A stretch of 64,000 bases of DNA from Dicyema japonicum (GCA_011109175.1 RDEW01000007.1:433712-497711), one strand, 5' to 3'. Shown: positions 51,152 through 63,160, numbered from the stretch's first letter. Notes: a model not told the origin generated them from the sequence alone. Made by a program: numbers and translations.

Positions 51152-51439
51152 GAAGAATTAATCGTGACTTTTGAATTTAAAATTATTAAATTTAATTAAT
51201 AAATATGTTGTTAATTTAATTATTTTCAAATTAAAAAAATTAAATTTTCTACTAAATTCGTCTTCCTTTCCATGAAACTATTCACAAGCAGTACATTGAT
51301 TCATACATTTCTTACGCTTTTACCTAGTGGGGTTCATCCATTTCTTGGACAAATTCCGTGAAGATCAAATCTAGCAAATTCGAGAAAATGTCACGGAGCG
51401 ATTGACTTCTGGAAAGGTCAGTCTCTGGAATCCTTAATC

Positions 51440-51600
51440 CGTAAGTACTGCTGGGTGTGCTCGTTCAACTACGAGCATCCAAGTATACGCTGATACGTGC
51501 TTGTATGTGCTCGAGGGAGAAGCACCGAGCCAAGCTGAGGTGGACCGTGTCAGGATCAGGAGATTAGTTAGTTTAGTGTTACTGTGGTTTTTGAAATTTT
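51440..51600 (+). mobile_element. LINE 3' tail
   Basis: Similar to 36370-36575 and to the other ggatca...ttagttag tails. Confidence 0.65.
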
Positions 51601-53365
51601 CAGTTCCTACTTATTTTTTACACAAAGGGAGTACTTGGGTCTGCACGGAGACAGACTCAGAAAAACTGGACTCTACACCCCCACAACTAAGACAAACAGT
51701 CTTGCCATGAACAAAAAGAACGTGTACGATGAGATAGGGCGCTCGGAAAGTTAACGTGGTTATTGAGAACTACTGCTTCTCTGAGACGTCTTCCAATCTT
51801 TTTGAGTTTCCGTCCAAGAGCATCGGTAGGGTGGTCCTCGGTCATTTGACTCTATCCCAAAAACTACTTACAAGGAAGGTCTTTGGGTCAGATACTCCAA
51901 GCGAATTGAAAAAACGCATTGGGAACTTCCTCAGCTAAGGACCTTGTCAATAACTTCCAAGTCCATGTAGTAGTTCCTACGACCTACCAACCAATTCCGA
52001 CAACTCACTAATACCATAGTATGCAGATGACATGATCCTTGCATTTAGAGATAAATGTGTCCAAAAAGACACTGGACGATTCCAAGATCTCTTAATCTCC
52101 TAAACAGATGGTGGACACTCATTTATGACTACGAAAGAAAACAAAGCTTTTCTTGTTCCTTGGAAATACAGCAGCTCTTTTTCTTCGATGCTAGGTTCAT
52201 GTACCCAGTACATTCAGGAAACCGTCAGCCACTTGGGGTACAAACCATCTAAAACGTAATCAAAGAAAATTAAGAAGTTTTCGTCCTCCTTATAGATTCT
52301 ACCCCCTTCGAGATTCTAGTGAGGAGAACTGGTTAATCCCACGCGAACCCCTATTAGTAGCACGAACCAACATGGGTTTATTAGTATCCAACGAGGATTA
52401 CCGAGCGAAGATGAAGTGAATTTTGGGAGAGGCCAGGATTACCTAATAACCGTGTTTTCTCTTCCTTTTTTTTAAAGTGACTTAGTCTTTAAATGATTCG
52501 GCTTTCCTTGGGAGTGACAAATTCTCAGTGTCTTTTATTTTCTCTAACCACGTTTGTTGATTAGATGGAGAACTAAAGAATATTGGGAAAAATTTTTGGT
52601 GTCTCCTGATCTCGAATCTTTACTTAATACCAAGAATGTTATTTATTGATTTTTATATTTTTCCAACAGGAACCGGTTCCTCTCAATCCTTAACGCTTCT
52701 TGTATTGATTTTAGAAGTTCTAAATCTCTAGAAAAGGGAGAGCCTAGAATAGCACGATGGTAGCATCACCCTTGGGATCCAAGTCTCCTCTTTTGAAGAT
52801 AGAATTGGCTGTGGTGACTGAAAAATTGTAGAGACACATCAAAGTCAAATTATTATTGCGTCGTCTAAGGGGGAAGATTCTTACTCAGTTCCTCGCCTCT
52901 TACTATAGCAAAGATCCTAGGTTTGATTCCCCCAATACCTACTCGGTCAAAGGTTTCTCTTCCTTATCTTCTCTCTTTTAACTAGAATGGCCTGATGTGA
53001 CCTACCTGTCTCAGGTGACGCTAAGTGGTAAGAGAATCTCCCAAGAGGTTCCCACAACCGCAAGGACTAGAAGTTTCCTCTCCTTCCCAATTGTTCTGAA
53101 TGAAAGCGTGCGTGACATTGGAAAGTGCTTCTCCAACTGTGGGAACCGAATACATACAATCAGTTGTAACCATTATCTTCCTCTCGACATATCCGCGGTA
53201 AATAAACAAGTTCCCCCTGTCCTTGCTAGCCTCTATATGAAATTCCACGTGATACCCACGGATTCTTAAATAGCGACAATTAAGGACTCAATGTCATTAT
53301 TGCCGGAATAAAATTTCCTAAAAGTCGAATCCGATTTTATAGCAATCAGAAATGATTTAAATAAA

Positions 53366-54096
53366 ATGGTTCGTTTAAACATCAAAATGTTAGCAAATAT
53401 AGAAAATGATGCCATTTCATACTACGACGATGGGTTTTCTGTCTACAGCGGGCTCACAGAGGGAGAAGACTATTCGGTCACTGGAGATAAATCATATAGG
53501 GAGAACATGGGGGAATATCAGTTTTCCGACTGCGAGTCAAGTTTTTTATTGAATTTACAAATTTACAGGAAAATCAAGAGCAGAAACTGTAATTTTGGAT
53601 CCATTTTACTTCCTGAACAGCCCCACATTCGTGGACTCGGCCAAAAAACGAACCCCCAAATCAACGAAAAAGGTGAACATTGCCGTTTTGTGCTTTATTG
53701 GTAGTTCGAGTGTTAACTCTAGTTTTTTCAATTGTTCTTTCCATGCCGCTGTATGCTCTCCTAAGGGGGAGAAATCAACAAAATGTTGTTCTCAGCGAAA
53801 CTATGATTCTAACCTCCAAGGAATTGGACCTCAACGAACCCATCAGATTTAAATCTTACCTAGAATCTGACTGGCAGCTCTATACCACGATTTCGGGAGA
53901 TAAAATATACATTGGACACTCCTCAAACCAGGTGGGAATATTTGGTAGTGGAAAATACATTGTTCAAATTGGAACGGAAGGGGGAAACGCTCTACAAATG
54001 TTTGTAGTGAAAAATGAAGTGAACGGAGAAATGGATAAACACGTGGTGGAAGACATAAAGCTTGTTTCTATTAAGGAACACAACGTTAAATATTAG
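53366..54096 (+). CDS. Orphan single-pass (type II-like) membrane protein; exon structure partly unresolved
   Basis: The 22-nt intron gtagttcgagtgttaactctag joins a transmembrane segment VNIAVLCFIVFSIVLSMPLYALL. The phases of the upstream introns do not reconcile cleanly. Confidence 0.45.
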
Positions 54097-54779
54097 TGAC
54101 ATGGATTATGTTTTGCTGTAATCTCTTCTTTCTGGATATTACTGTTTTGTGTGAAATGATGGGGGTTGGATTCTCCTCGGGCTAAGTAGTCGAAGATTTC
54201 TCTTATTTTTCATATCTACTAGATTGGTGTCGTTGGATCCACCAGTCTCAGGTGGCGTGGAGTGACAGGATGACACGAAAGATTATCTGCTCTCCCTCAC
54301 CTATTTGTTGAGTTCAGGACTACCATAACGATTTTTACGAGGGGTTAGGTTTCAGTTTTCTCATCCGACGACCAGGGATATTAAGGGTAGCAACACGGAA
54401 CAGTTGAGGATCTGCGGATATGTGCTGCTAACCAACATCATGAAGGGGGAAGAGTAAATTTTGCCCGGAAAAAAGGTGACAGTAACCGAACTAGCGAGGT
54501 GATCCCGGCTTCCCTGCCATTTCATTTTGTGATCTATGAGGGACCCCATTACTTACCTGAAGTGTTTGCGTTAGTGCCTACACAGTCGATAAAGGAAGAA
54601 TGTCTGAGGAAGCCAATTTTCTGATCAGACACAGGTAAACATACTGGATTCCTTGATCCTTGACAAAATCGGAGGAATCACAGCCATTACCCTTATATCG
54701 ACGACTCAGGCAGGTCGAGGGAACAGTCCGTTCAACGACATAAAAACGTAGGTATTTTCGTGTAACGATGCGATTTTAT

Positions 54780-55400
54780 CAACGTCTATGCAGACAGTGC
54801 GAACCGCCAAGGGGCACCAGCATTATATTCGTAATTGTCTCGGGATCGACCTGTGTCAGACTCATCCATGCCGTTGTGGATCTGTTGTGAACTGCAAAGG
54901 GCTTCACCCGCCCTCTTGCCGACTCAACAGAGGCTGTTCCCCGAGATTGCCAATGCTATCTTGGATTCCCGTCATCTCTGGAACCAGTGGTCCTGGATCG
55001 TAGAGATGGGAAACGCCCAGGTGGGATAACTGTTTTCCCCTTCTCTCGGGAAATACTTGATTTGGAATGAGCCCTGTGTCTTCCCTTTCTCTCGGGGAAA
55101 TGTTTATTTGGAATGACCGACATTTTTTCCCAGTCAAGACTTGCTGGTTCCGTGTTGAAAGCTGGGGAGGCTGCTCGGACTTTAGAGAAATTCAAGATAA
55201 AATAAAACGACAGCCTCTCCACCCGGTTCCATGTACAGCCCGTTGTCGTCGAGACGAGGGGAGTCTTCGGACCCAAGACGGTCTCTTTTCTAAGATCGCT
55301 TGGGTCAATGATATTGAAAGTGAGTAAAGAGCATCGGGAAACCGAATGGTTGTTCCAAAGGATTTCTCTGGCAGTTGTCAGAGGAAACAGCCATACCATC
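54780..55400 (+). mobile_element. CRE-like retrotransposon 3' part (CCHC + RLE)
   Basis: HPCRCGSVVNCKGLHPPSCRLNRGCSPR, RRDGKRPGG, VKTCWFRVES, ETEWLFQRISLAVVRGNSH. Confidence 0.8.
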
Positions 55401-55538
55401 CTATCAGCTGGATTATTTTGATTTTTTTGTTACTTAATAAACTTTTTCTTATCAAAATTAAGGGATCTATATATAATTAAAATAATAATATTTAAAATTA
55501 TAAAATTAAATAATTTTGAATTGTTGCGTTGTCGTGGG

Positions 55539-57167
55539 ATGGAATCAATTTACGAGCAGCAACGTAGTTTCCACGAAGAGAGAGACAGGTTGATAATGTT
55601 GATGTCAAAAGAGATGATGATTGAAAAGAAATCAGTATATTATGTCTAATGACTCTTTAGGTGAAGGATCAAATCATTTCGGACCACAAAGTTTCCTCAA
55701 TGATGGAGGTTGTGTTTTTCATCATTGTAGAACTACATGTCAGCCACAAATAAACTTAGTGAGCTTTACAATGACGAGTAAGTTTATTCTCATATTCAAG
55801 AACTCGTCAGAAAGATAAGATTGCCATGACTGACTTGGACGAATTCTATAAAAGACTGAATAAAATAAAGGAGTACCACAAAAATAACCCAAACAAAGTT
55901 TATACTCCATTCGACAAGTGTGACATTGAGGTCATTCAAAGTAATTGACAGCTCATTGTAGACTTTTCTGACGAGGAAGCATTTGGGAGATTTCTAGACC
56001 TCCACGAATGCCACAGACTTTATATTAACCTTAAAGATGTGGAGTTTTTGGACTACATCACATATTTGAGGACATTTGACCGACTATATGCCATACAGAA
56101 AGACATGAAGTTTACTGTCCGTTATAAAGAGTTCGTTGGTTTGTTAATTAAAGGTACACTGATACTTTAATGAGTTATTTGTGGGGATTCTATCGTAGAG
56201 TTAGCCCACTAAGTGATCACAATGAGGTGTTGGATGGGTTTAGAGCCAAGTTTGAGAGTAGTTGGAAAGAGAGGACGTTCCAGGGATGGGAGGTTATTTT
56301 GGAGGTCATTTTAGAAAGGAACTGTGGGAGCTCTCTCATTCTCTGGGGCTCATTTGGATTTGAGTGAGTTTAATTCATCAGAGGAGTTGGAATCCTTAGG
56401 GGGAGATAGATTAAAGTCAGCTTTGAAGGCCTTGGGGTTGAAGTGTGGGGGGTTTGTTATGTTATTGAGTGTAGAACAGTGAGTGAGAGGGCTGTACGAC
56501 TGTTTAGCACTAAGGGTGCTACTAAACTACCGTCAAATCTGTTCACAAAGGAGAGAAGGATGGAAGAGGATACCAGAGCCAGCAAAGCCAGAGACATAGC
56601 TTGGGTGGAGGCTCAAATATATGGATTGGTTGAACTACTAAAGGAGCAAAGACAATCCTCTATTGACAATGTTCAAAGAAAACAGGCCCAATCTAACATT
56701 GTTAGTTCTGAAAGTGAGGATGATTTGCCAGAAGTGGTGGAAGACGAACCTGACGAAGATCACGTGTTGTATAACCCAAAGAATGTACCCCTTGGATGGG
56801 ATGGTAAGCCGATACCATATTGGTTGTACAAACTACATGGACTAAATTTGAGCTATACATGTGAAATATGTGGGAGTTTCGTATATAGAGGTCCAAAGGC
56901 TTTCCAGATGCACTTTGCGGAGTGGAGACATGCCCATGGGATGAGGTGTCTAGGCATTCCAAACACGTCCCACTTTGCCAATATTACAAAAATAGAGGAC
57001 GCCTACGAATGTTGTTGTGTTTATTATGCTTAGTGTGGGCTAAAATAAAGGTTATGAAGGATTCTGAGAGGTGGAAGTCAGAGATTGAGGAGGAATTCGA
57101 GGATTCTATGGGGAATGTTGTTACTAGGAAGACATATGAGGATTTAAAGAGAGAGGGATTGTTGTAG
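55539..57167 (+). CDS. SF3A3: Splicing factor 3A subunit 3 (Prp9); 8 introns of 21-26 nt
   Basis: MESIYEQQRSFHEERDRL..., DRLKSALKALGLKCGGT, YNPKNVPLGWDGKPIPYWLYKLHGL, CEICG...FAEWRHAHGMRCLGIPNT, KTYEDLKREGLL*. Introns start at 55635, 55709, 55778, 55941, 56131, 56293, 56452 and 57011. Confidence 0.97.
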
Positions 57168-57489
57168 ATTGTGATTTTGGTATTTTTACGTTTTAATAAT
57201 TACCTTACCTTTTATAGTTCAATAGTACTATTTGTTAGGTTTTCATCTTCTGGTTTAAAGTACTCCCCCAATTATGCTTCACAACATGGTTGTAGTGATT
57301 GGCCTTTCGTAGAGGAGTATTGATGTTTGCTCTACTTGGCAATGTGATGGTTCCACTCATGTAGGACATTGTATATTCAGAGAAAGCTATTCTAATTAAT
57401 AGTAGGAATGGGGTCGAGGCATTAAGAGAAATGGGGTCTTTTTGGTTTCGTTGGAGTTTCTGTAGAAAATCCGGTTCTGTAGTGTCGTA

Positions 57490-57630
57490 TCATTAATGAT
57501 GATGTCGCTCGTGAAACCAGGAAGCAACGTAGATGGATGGAACCTTCAGCGGGAATTGGCAGCAGTGAGGTTCGGACAGGGTAGAGTCCGAATTCTGTTC
57601 AGCACTTATGAGCTATAATATTCAATAAAG
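57490..57630 (-). mobile_element. tRNA-derived SINE copy
   Basis: Reverse complement gtccgaacctcactgctgcc...gaaggttccatccatctacg matches 43385-43440. Confidence 0.6.
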
Positions 57631-58122
57631 CCGTTTATTTGTTTACACGTGCACTTATACATCACAATTAAGTCAATTTAGTAAAATGTGCCAGTACAAG
57701 TTTATCGTATTTTGTGGTTGAAGCCCTTTGGTAGATTTGTGGTATCTGTTACTTGTCCTGACTTAATTTAAAAAACAAAGAAAAAAACTGTTGTTATGGA
57801 GGCCACAGCCCTGACTGCATGGCTATTCCCTCCCTGGACTGCGAAGGTAATCCACCCAGAGAAGCCTTTGTCCTCATAAGTCAAATTTTCTCACACCTGA
57901 ACTTTAAGAAAATGCGTACAAGTGAAGCCTTAAAATAATTGTCGTTAAGGATAAAAATCGTAACCGCTATAATTAAAAATCCATAGTTTCCAACAGACAT
58001 GCTGAATTAGCATTATTACAGCGTATCAATAATGTCAAAACGACAATCACAAATTAAGTCATGTAAGCTTAAATTCAGTCTATAATCAAGTTATTAGGGA
58101 TTGTTAGAGATTACTGTTAAAT

Positions 58123-58673
58123 TTATTTAGGGGACATCAATTTCACGAATTCTGCATTATACAAAACTGATACCTTCGTAATCAACACATCCGTCCCCGT
58201 CAATGTCCGCTTCCTTTATCATTTCGTCCACTTCTTCGTCCGTCAGCTTTTCCCCCAAATTAGTGAGGACATTTCGTAGTTCTTCTGCTGAGATTTTCCC
58301 ATCCCCATTTCTGTCAAATACACGGAAGGCCTCCCTAACATCCTCCTCAAAGTCTTTACTTGACATTTTTTTTGACATCAAGTTCAAAAACTCTGGGAAA
58401 TCGATTGAGTCATTCCCTTAACACTCCAACAAATCGACTAACCATTCGTATCAAACTCTTTAATGGTCGCCTGAATTTCCGACTCTGTTGGATTGTGCCC
58501 CAAAGCCCTCATAACAGTCCCAATCTCAGAGGCGTTTATAATCCCGTCCCCATCTTTGTCAAACAAAGCAAATGCCTCCTTGAAGTCTTTGGAAATAAAA
58601 ATAAAATTTGACCTAAGATTTGTTCATCTGAAAAATTTTTCATCTAAAAACATAACCGCGAATATTTTACCAT
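58123..58673 (-). CDS. CALM: Calmodulin or calmodulin-like protein, 4 EF-hands; 4 introns (27, 26, 26, 22 nt), the first directly after ATG
   Basis: [78 protein letters not shown]. Confidence 0.93.
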
Positions 58674-58795
58674 TTTTTATTTAAACTCAAAAATTTTATT
58701 AATTTTTGATAATTTAAAAAAATAAAATTAATATTTATTTTAATTAAATTATTAAAGGAGATATAAATTTTTACATTTAATCCGAAATAGGCCAC
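58674..58795. promoter_or_regulatory. Putative bidirectional promoter (~120 bp, almost purely A/T) between divergent calmodulin and SLC26
   Basis: The two ATGs lie ~122 bp apart. Similar AT islands precede the other host genes in the window. Confidence 0.6.
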
Positions 58796-61108
58796 ATGAG
58801 TGAGATTATAATATCGAGATCCTGCCTTTCATTTGAAAATATCAGAGACCATTTGCTCCAGCCTCCCCAGTCGACCTACTATGAAAGATTGAAGGGAAGC
58901 ATCAAAGATTTCTTTACTTGTTCTTACGAGCGACTCATCGGCCTCGTCTTCTCCATATTCCCAGTGATCGACCTCATAAGAAGCTACGAGAAGAATTTTT
59001 TGGCGACTGACCTTTTCGGTGGAATAACGATCGCTTCAATTGTGATCCCCTGGGTCTATATTTTTTATATTTTGAGGTCTCACCCACAGCCAGATTGCTA
59101 TGGTGGATCTGCAGTACGGAATTTACTCCTCAGTCTATCCCCCAATAATTTACTTTTTCATTGGAAAGTCCCACGCGGCTGCATTTGGTCCCCACTTTGC
59201 TTATTTTAGGAAGTTTTGCAATCGTTTGCATAATGACAGGTATTTGTCGCGAGAAACTGATTGATACGTTGAATATTAATTTCTGTCAAGTCAACGTGAC
59301 ACGTGACTATTGGAGAATGGGGGAGAGTGGGGTCTGCTTTAACGAGGTGGATTTTAACAGCAATTTCGTTTCATCATTAACCATGCTCGTGGGGATGGTT
59401 GAGGTTAGATTTTACAATTTGCGGTCAATTTACTGATTTTTACTAAAGGTTTGATGTCGGTGGTTAAATTCGGTTATCGGTTCTCCTGGCCCCTCTCTCG
59501 TTGCCGGGTATACTACTGGGGAGCCTTCCATATTTTGTTCTCCCAAATCACAAACATTTTGTTTTACCCTACAAAATGCCGAAAGGGTGTACTCCATCAT
59601 TCCATGCGTTGAATTTGCTTAAAATAGGGGATAGAAAATGAAATACATCCTCGGGGGACTGACCGAGTTCTTGTAAGCCCAATCGTGACCTCGGCCATTT
59701 GCATGATCTTTCTGATCCTCATGAGGGAGTTCGTCCTGCAGAATGCCAGAGTTAGAAATATATTCGGTTCAGGGTCCCTTCGGAATTGTTGGCTGTACTA
59801 TTTGTGCTGACTTCCAGGTTGTCGTCGGCAGTCTTGTTGTAAGGTACACCGACGTTGCTGAAAAATTCAATCTCCCGTTGGTGGGAACGATTCCGCAGGG
59901 GTGGGGACGGTTTTAATTTGAAGGTACCCTCAACCACTAGTCCCCAACGACGCTTTTTGGAAGTACATTTATGCTGATGCGGTCCCCATTGCTGTTGTCT
60001 GTTGGTCTGTGACGACTTCCATTATGCTGTTGTTTGCGGAGAAGAGGAATTACTCTGTCGACGTCAATGCTGTTGGTTCTCCCGTTATTTCAGGAATTAT
60101 GCAAATACGGGCTGATTAACATTTTCGGGGTTTCTTCCACGGACTTGTGACTACGGCGGCACTGAACAGGTCATTTATATTCGAATCCGTGAGCCAAACC
60201 CAACTGGCCGGTTTTGTGGGGGGTCTAATCGTCCTTTTCTCGTTATATTTTATTGGGGGCATCTTTAAATACCTCCCAACTGTATTGTCTCCCAATATTG
60301 TTTCAGTGTATTCTTTCGACGATCTGTATTGTCGCCTTGCACGGATTGTTCAGGAAACTCATGGAATTGAAATCGCTTTGGAAGCACGACAAATCAAATT
60401 TTGTATTTTGTTCGATTACTTGAAATAGATCCTGTTTCTTGGGACTTTTGTTTTCGTGATTTTGTCTGACCTCACTGTCGGACTAATCGGGGGACTCGTC
60501 TTGTCCACCCTGATCCTTCTTTACAGAAACTACAGGTTTTAGCTAAAAATCAAGTTTAGCGCCCCTGTTCTTAGAATGTCGGCCATTCCAGGGACAGAAA
60601 TTTTTGAAATCTCACAGGTGGACCCGAAAGTACCAATTTTCATGATTCAAAGGATATCACTACATCTCCGTAGTCCTGAGGATGCCCTATTCAATCTCTT
60701 ACTTGAATATTCTGCAATGTGCGGAAACCCTGAGGGACTATTTTAAATCTGGAGTTGGTAGAAGGAATGAAGTTGTCTAATTATTATTTCAGGAATATGA
60801 GCCTCCCAAAAACTGTGTGATTCTTGATTTTTCGGGCGTCTCCCACATCGACTATTACTCCTTTCAAAAACTGACTAAGGTCGAATTTCTGTTATTTTCA
60901 GATTTTGGCGACAGCACGCGACGCAGGAAACGAAATCATTATTGCCAGACTAAACTGTGATTTTCTCATTTTGATATTGCAGACCAAATTTATGAGATGA
61001 TGGAGTCGAATGGGTTCGTGAAGATTTTGGGGAAGAACGAAATTCGTCCCAACTATTTATGATGCTATGCATTTGCTAAAATTATCCCCCAATTTATCAC
61101 TTTTGTAA
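58796..61108 (+). CDS. SLC26: SLC26/SulP anion transporter with C-terminal STAS domain; >10 micro-introns and several apparent 1-nt indels
   Basis: LATDLFGGITIASIVIP, YGIYSS.YPPIIYFFIG, GYTTG, LVGTIPQG, YSVDVN, TQLAGFV, STAS motif VILDFSGVSHID. Confidence 0.85.
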
Positions 61109-61657
61109 TTTACTCTTACAAAACTCCACTTTCAATACTAATAATTTATTTTTCTCTACAGCTGAGTATCCTTAATTTTTTGTACAAAAACTAAGGGAGT
61201 ACAAACTCCTAACTGTGTTGGTTGCCACTTCTCTAGTAATGTCTGTCTTTATCGCAATCTCAGTCTGTTATTCTACTCCGTTTACAATAGCAACTTTCAA
61301 TGTCAGAGGACGATCTGATGAACTGCGGAGACGTGCAAGGAGGAAAGTTACATTGAGAAAACTGATAGAATGGATAATGAAGAGGCACATGCGGAACCCT
61401 AAGTGCTTATGGGTAACGCGGGAATGGATTTAACTAACTTACAAAGCTAAGTCAAACACAGCACTTTTCACGAGAGCCGTAGCTTCGCACAGGCAGGACG
61501 CACACTTGTGTCGGGGATCCCTTTTGGTCACCCCGCAAAGAAACGTGTGAGGACTTCAAAGTTGACTTTCCATTAATAAAAAAAATTATATTAATAAAAA
61601 TCTTAATCACGTATTTTAGTGATCTTATCAAATCTTTTATATAGCTAAGGCCACAGG

Positions 61658-61735
61658 AGGAGCTAACAGGTAGTCAGTGATAACCCTCAGCAGGAGCTAG
61701 CTGCTAATCAGTGATAAATTTCTCAGCAGGAGTTT
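61658..61735. repeat. Short tandem repeat, ~35-bp unit, ~2.2 copies
   Basis: ggagcta.c.g.ta.tcagtgataa...ctcagca repeated. Confidence 0.7.
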
Positions 61736-62404
61736 GTGAAGGGAACTGAGCTGGTAGTATCTTCATAATTCTTTAATATGCTTCAACGACTCAATTTAGA
61801 ATTAGTGTGATATGTCATATTACAACAGCTATTACCTAAGTGCACCGAGAAATGGACATACACATGGATGATAGCAATTTTAGGCGCTGTCCAAACCACC
61901 GTCCTCTCTAGTGTCTTCACACTGTGCATGGACATTAACATTGTGAATCACAGCTTATCACCAATTTCTAATCTTCTTAGCGCATTCATAATTATTTTCT
62001 TCATGTAAAAGAATCCGATTAACAAGATTATTTAGCAACTAGTTTTACAATCGACCACGTGGGCTGAACAAATTGGTTATTAGTAGAGACTATCTGCTCA
62101 CATAGCATGAGTAGAACAAATTCTCGATAACCCTCACCCATTACACCATCCAATGGACAACCAGAAAGCCACCTGTTGAAAGAGGAAGGATCCAACGTGG
62201 AAGGGGATCAAGATCTTTACCATTATGCAAGAAATAATGGCTGCTCTTCGCCACAGAGGTTGTCCACGTCAAAGAGGACCAACCACGACTGGCGTATTAA
62301 GCCCACCAGACTCTCCACTGGTCATGATACTGACCCTCAGCATGCGAAAGATCACTCAAAAACCGCATTTGATAACCGTTATCATTAATGATAAATGTAA
62401 GTGA

Positions 62405-63160
62405 TTAAAATGATTCGTAAGTGACTCTCTTGTTGCGTCTGACAAGCATAAACACCACAAATGATATCCCCATGACCAAAAATAACAACGCTACCAAGGA
62501 TTATTGGAGTTTTGTTCTTTTTGGAAATGTCGGCCAAGCATTCCCGAACTAATTTCCCGCCTTAATTATACCTTGACCTTCAAAATTAATGGAAGGATCA
62601 TCTCTGTACATCTGAACCCAAAGCTGATCCATCTCAAGAGTCCACAAAGTCAAGTTCAGGGACATCACAGACTGACAACGGAAATAATTATTTTGGTTAG
62701 TCTGGAATAATTTTAAATTTGAATTTTCATAGCGTTTATCTAAGACTCACAGCAACCCAAACCAGAGTGGTAGAAGATGACCATCTCGACGTAATAGTAA
62801 TAGTCATCCACCAGTGTCCCGTAGAACGTTAAATTGCTCCCCTTGGTCGACAAAACCAACTTTTGGTCTTTGCGGTCACACGAACTCCCCAGAGTGGTTG
62901 AGTTTATTGGGTTGAATATAACGGACCACATAAAACAAATAATTTACATTTCCGTTATGGTCTGTGAGGTTGACTCTCGCCTGGAAGAGAATGCAGAAGT
63001 TACCCTTTTCGTCCCTTACCGTCCATAAATCAGAAGGAATCTCGGTTAAGCTTTTTTGTAGGTTTTGCTAAAGGTTATGCTTACATTAACTTTGGAAAAG
63101 GATAATGAAAAAACTAAATGGTAAAGTAATGCTTAATGACTTACAAAGGATGACTATCAT
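62405..63160 (-). CDS. LAMP-family lysosomal membrane glycoprotein; 5 introns (31, 23, 22, 23, 29 nt), one of them GT-GG; one apparent extra T near 62476
   Basis: Signal peptide MIVILFFSLSFS, WTVRDEKGNFCIL, LFQTNQNNYFRCQS, LWVQ, ECLAD, transmembrane TPIILGSVVILVMGISFVVFMLV, and cytoplasmic tail RRNKRVTYESF* with a terminal YxxF sorting motif. Confidence 0.82.

Noticed and set aside
54551-54559. ACTTACCTG, the U1 snRNA 5' end, with a downstream AATTTTCTG resembling an Sm site
   Set aside because: No GATCACG loop I, no ATTGCAC loop II and no supportable stems. A 9-mer match is expected about by chance in 128 kb of both strands.
61750-61765. GTAGTATCT, similar to the U2 snRNA branch-recognition region
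   Set aside because: Flanking U2 sequence and stems are absent.
63061-63093. GFAKGYAYINF on the + strand, resembling an RRM RNP1 motif
   Set aside because: It has no surrounding open RRM and is antisense to the well-supported LAMP-like gene.
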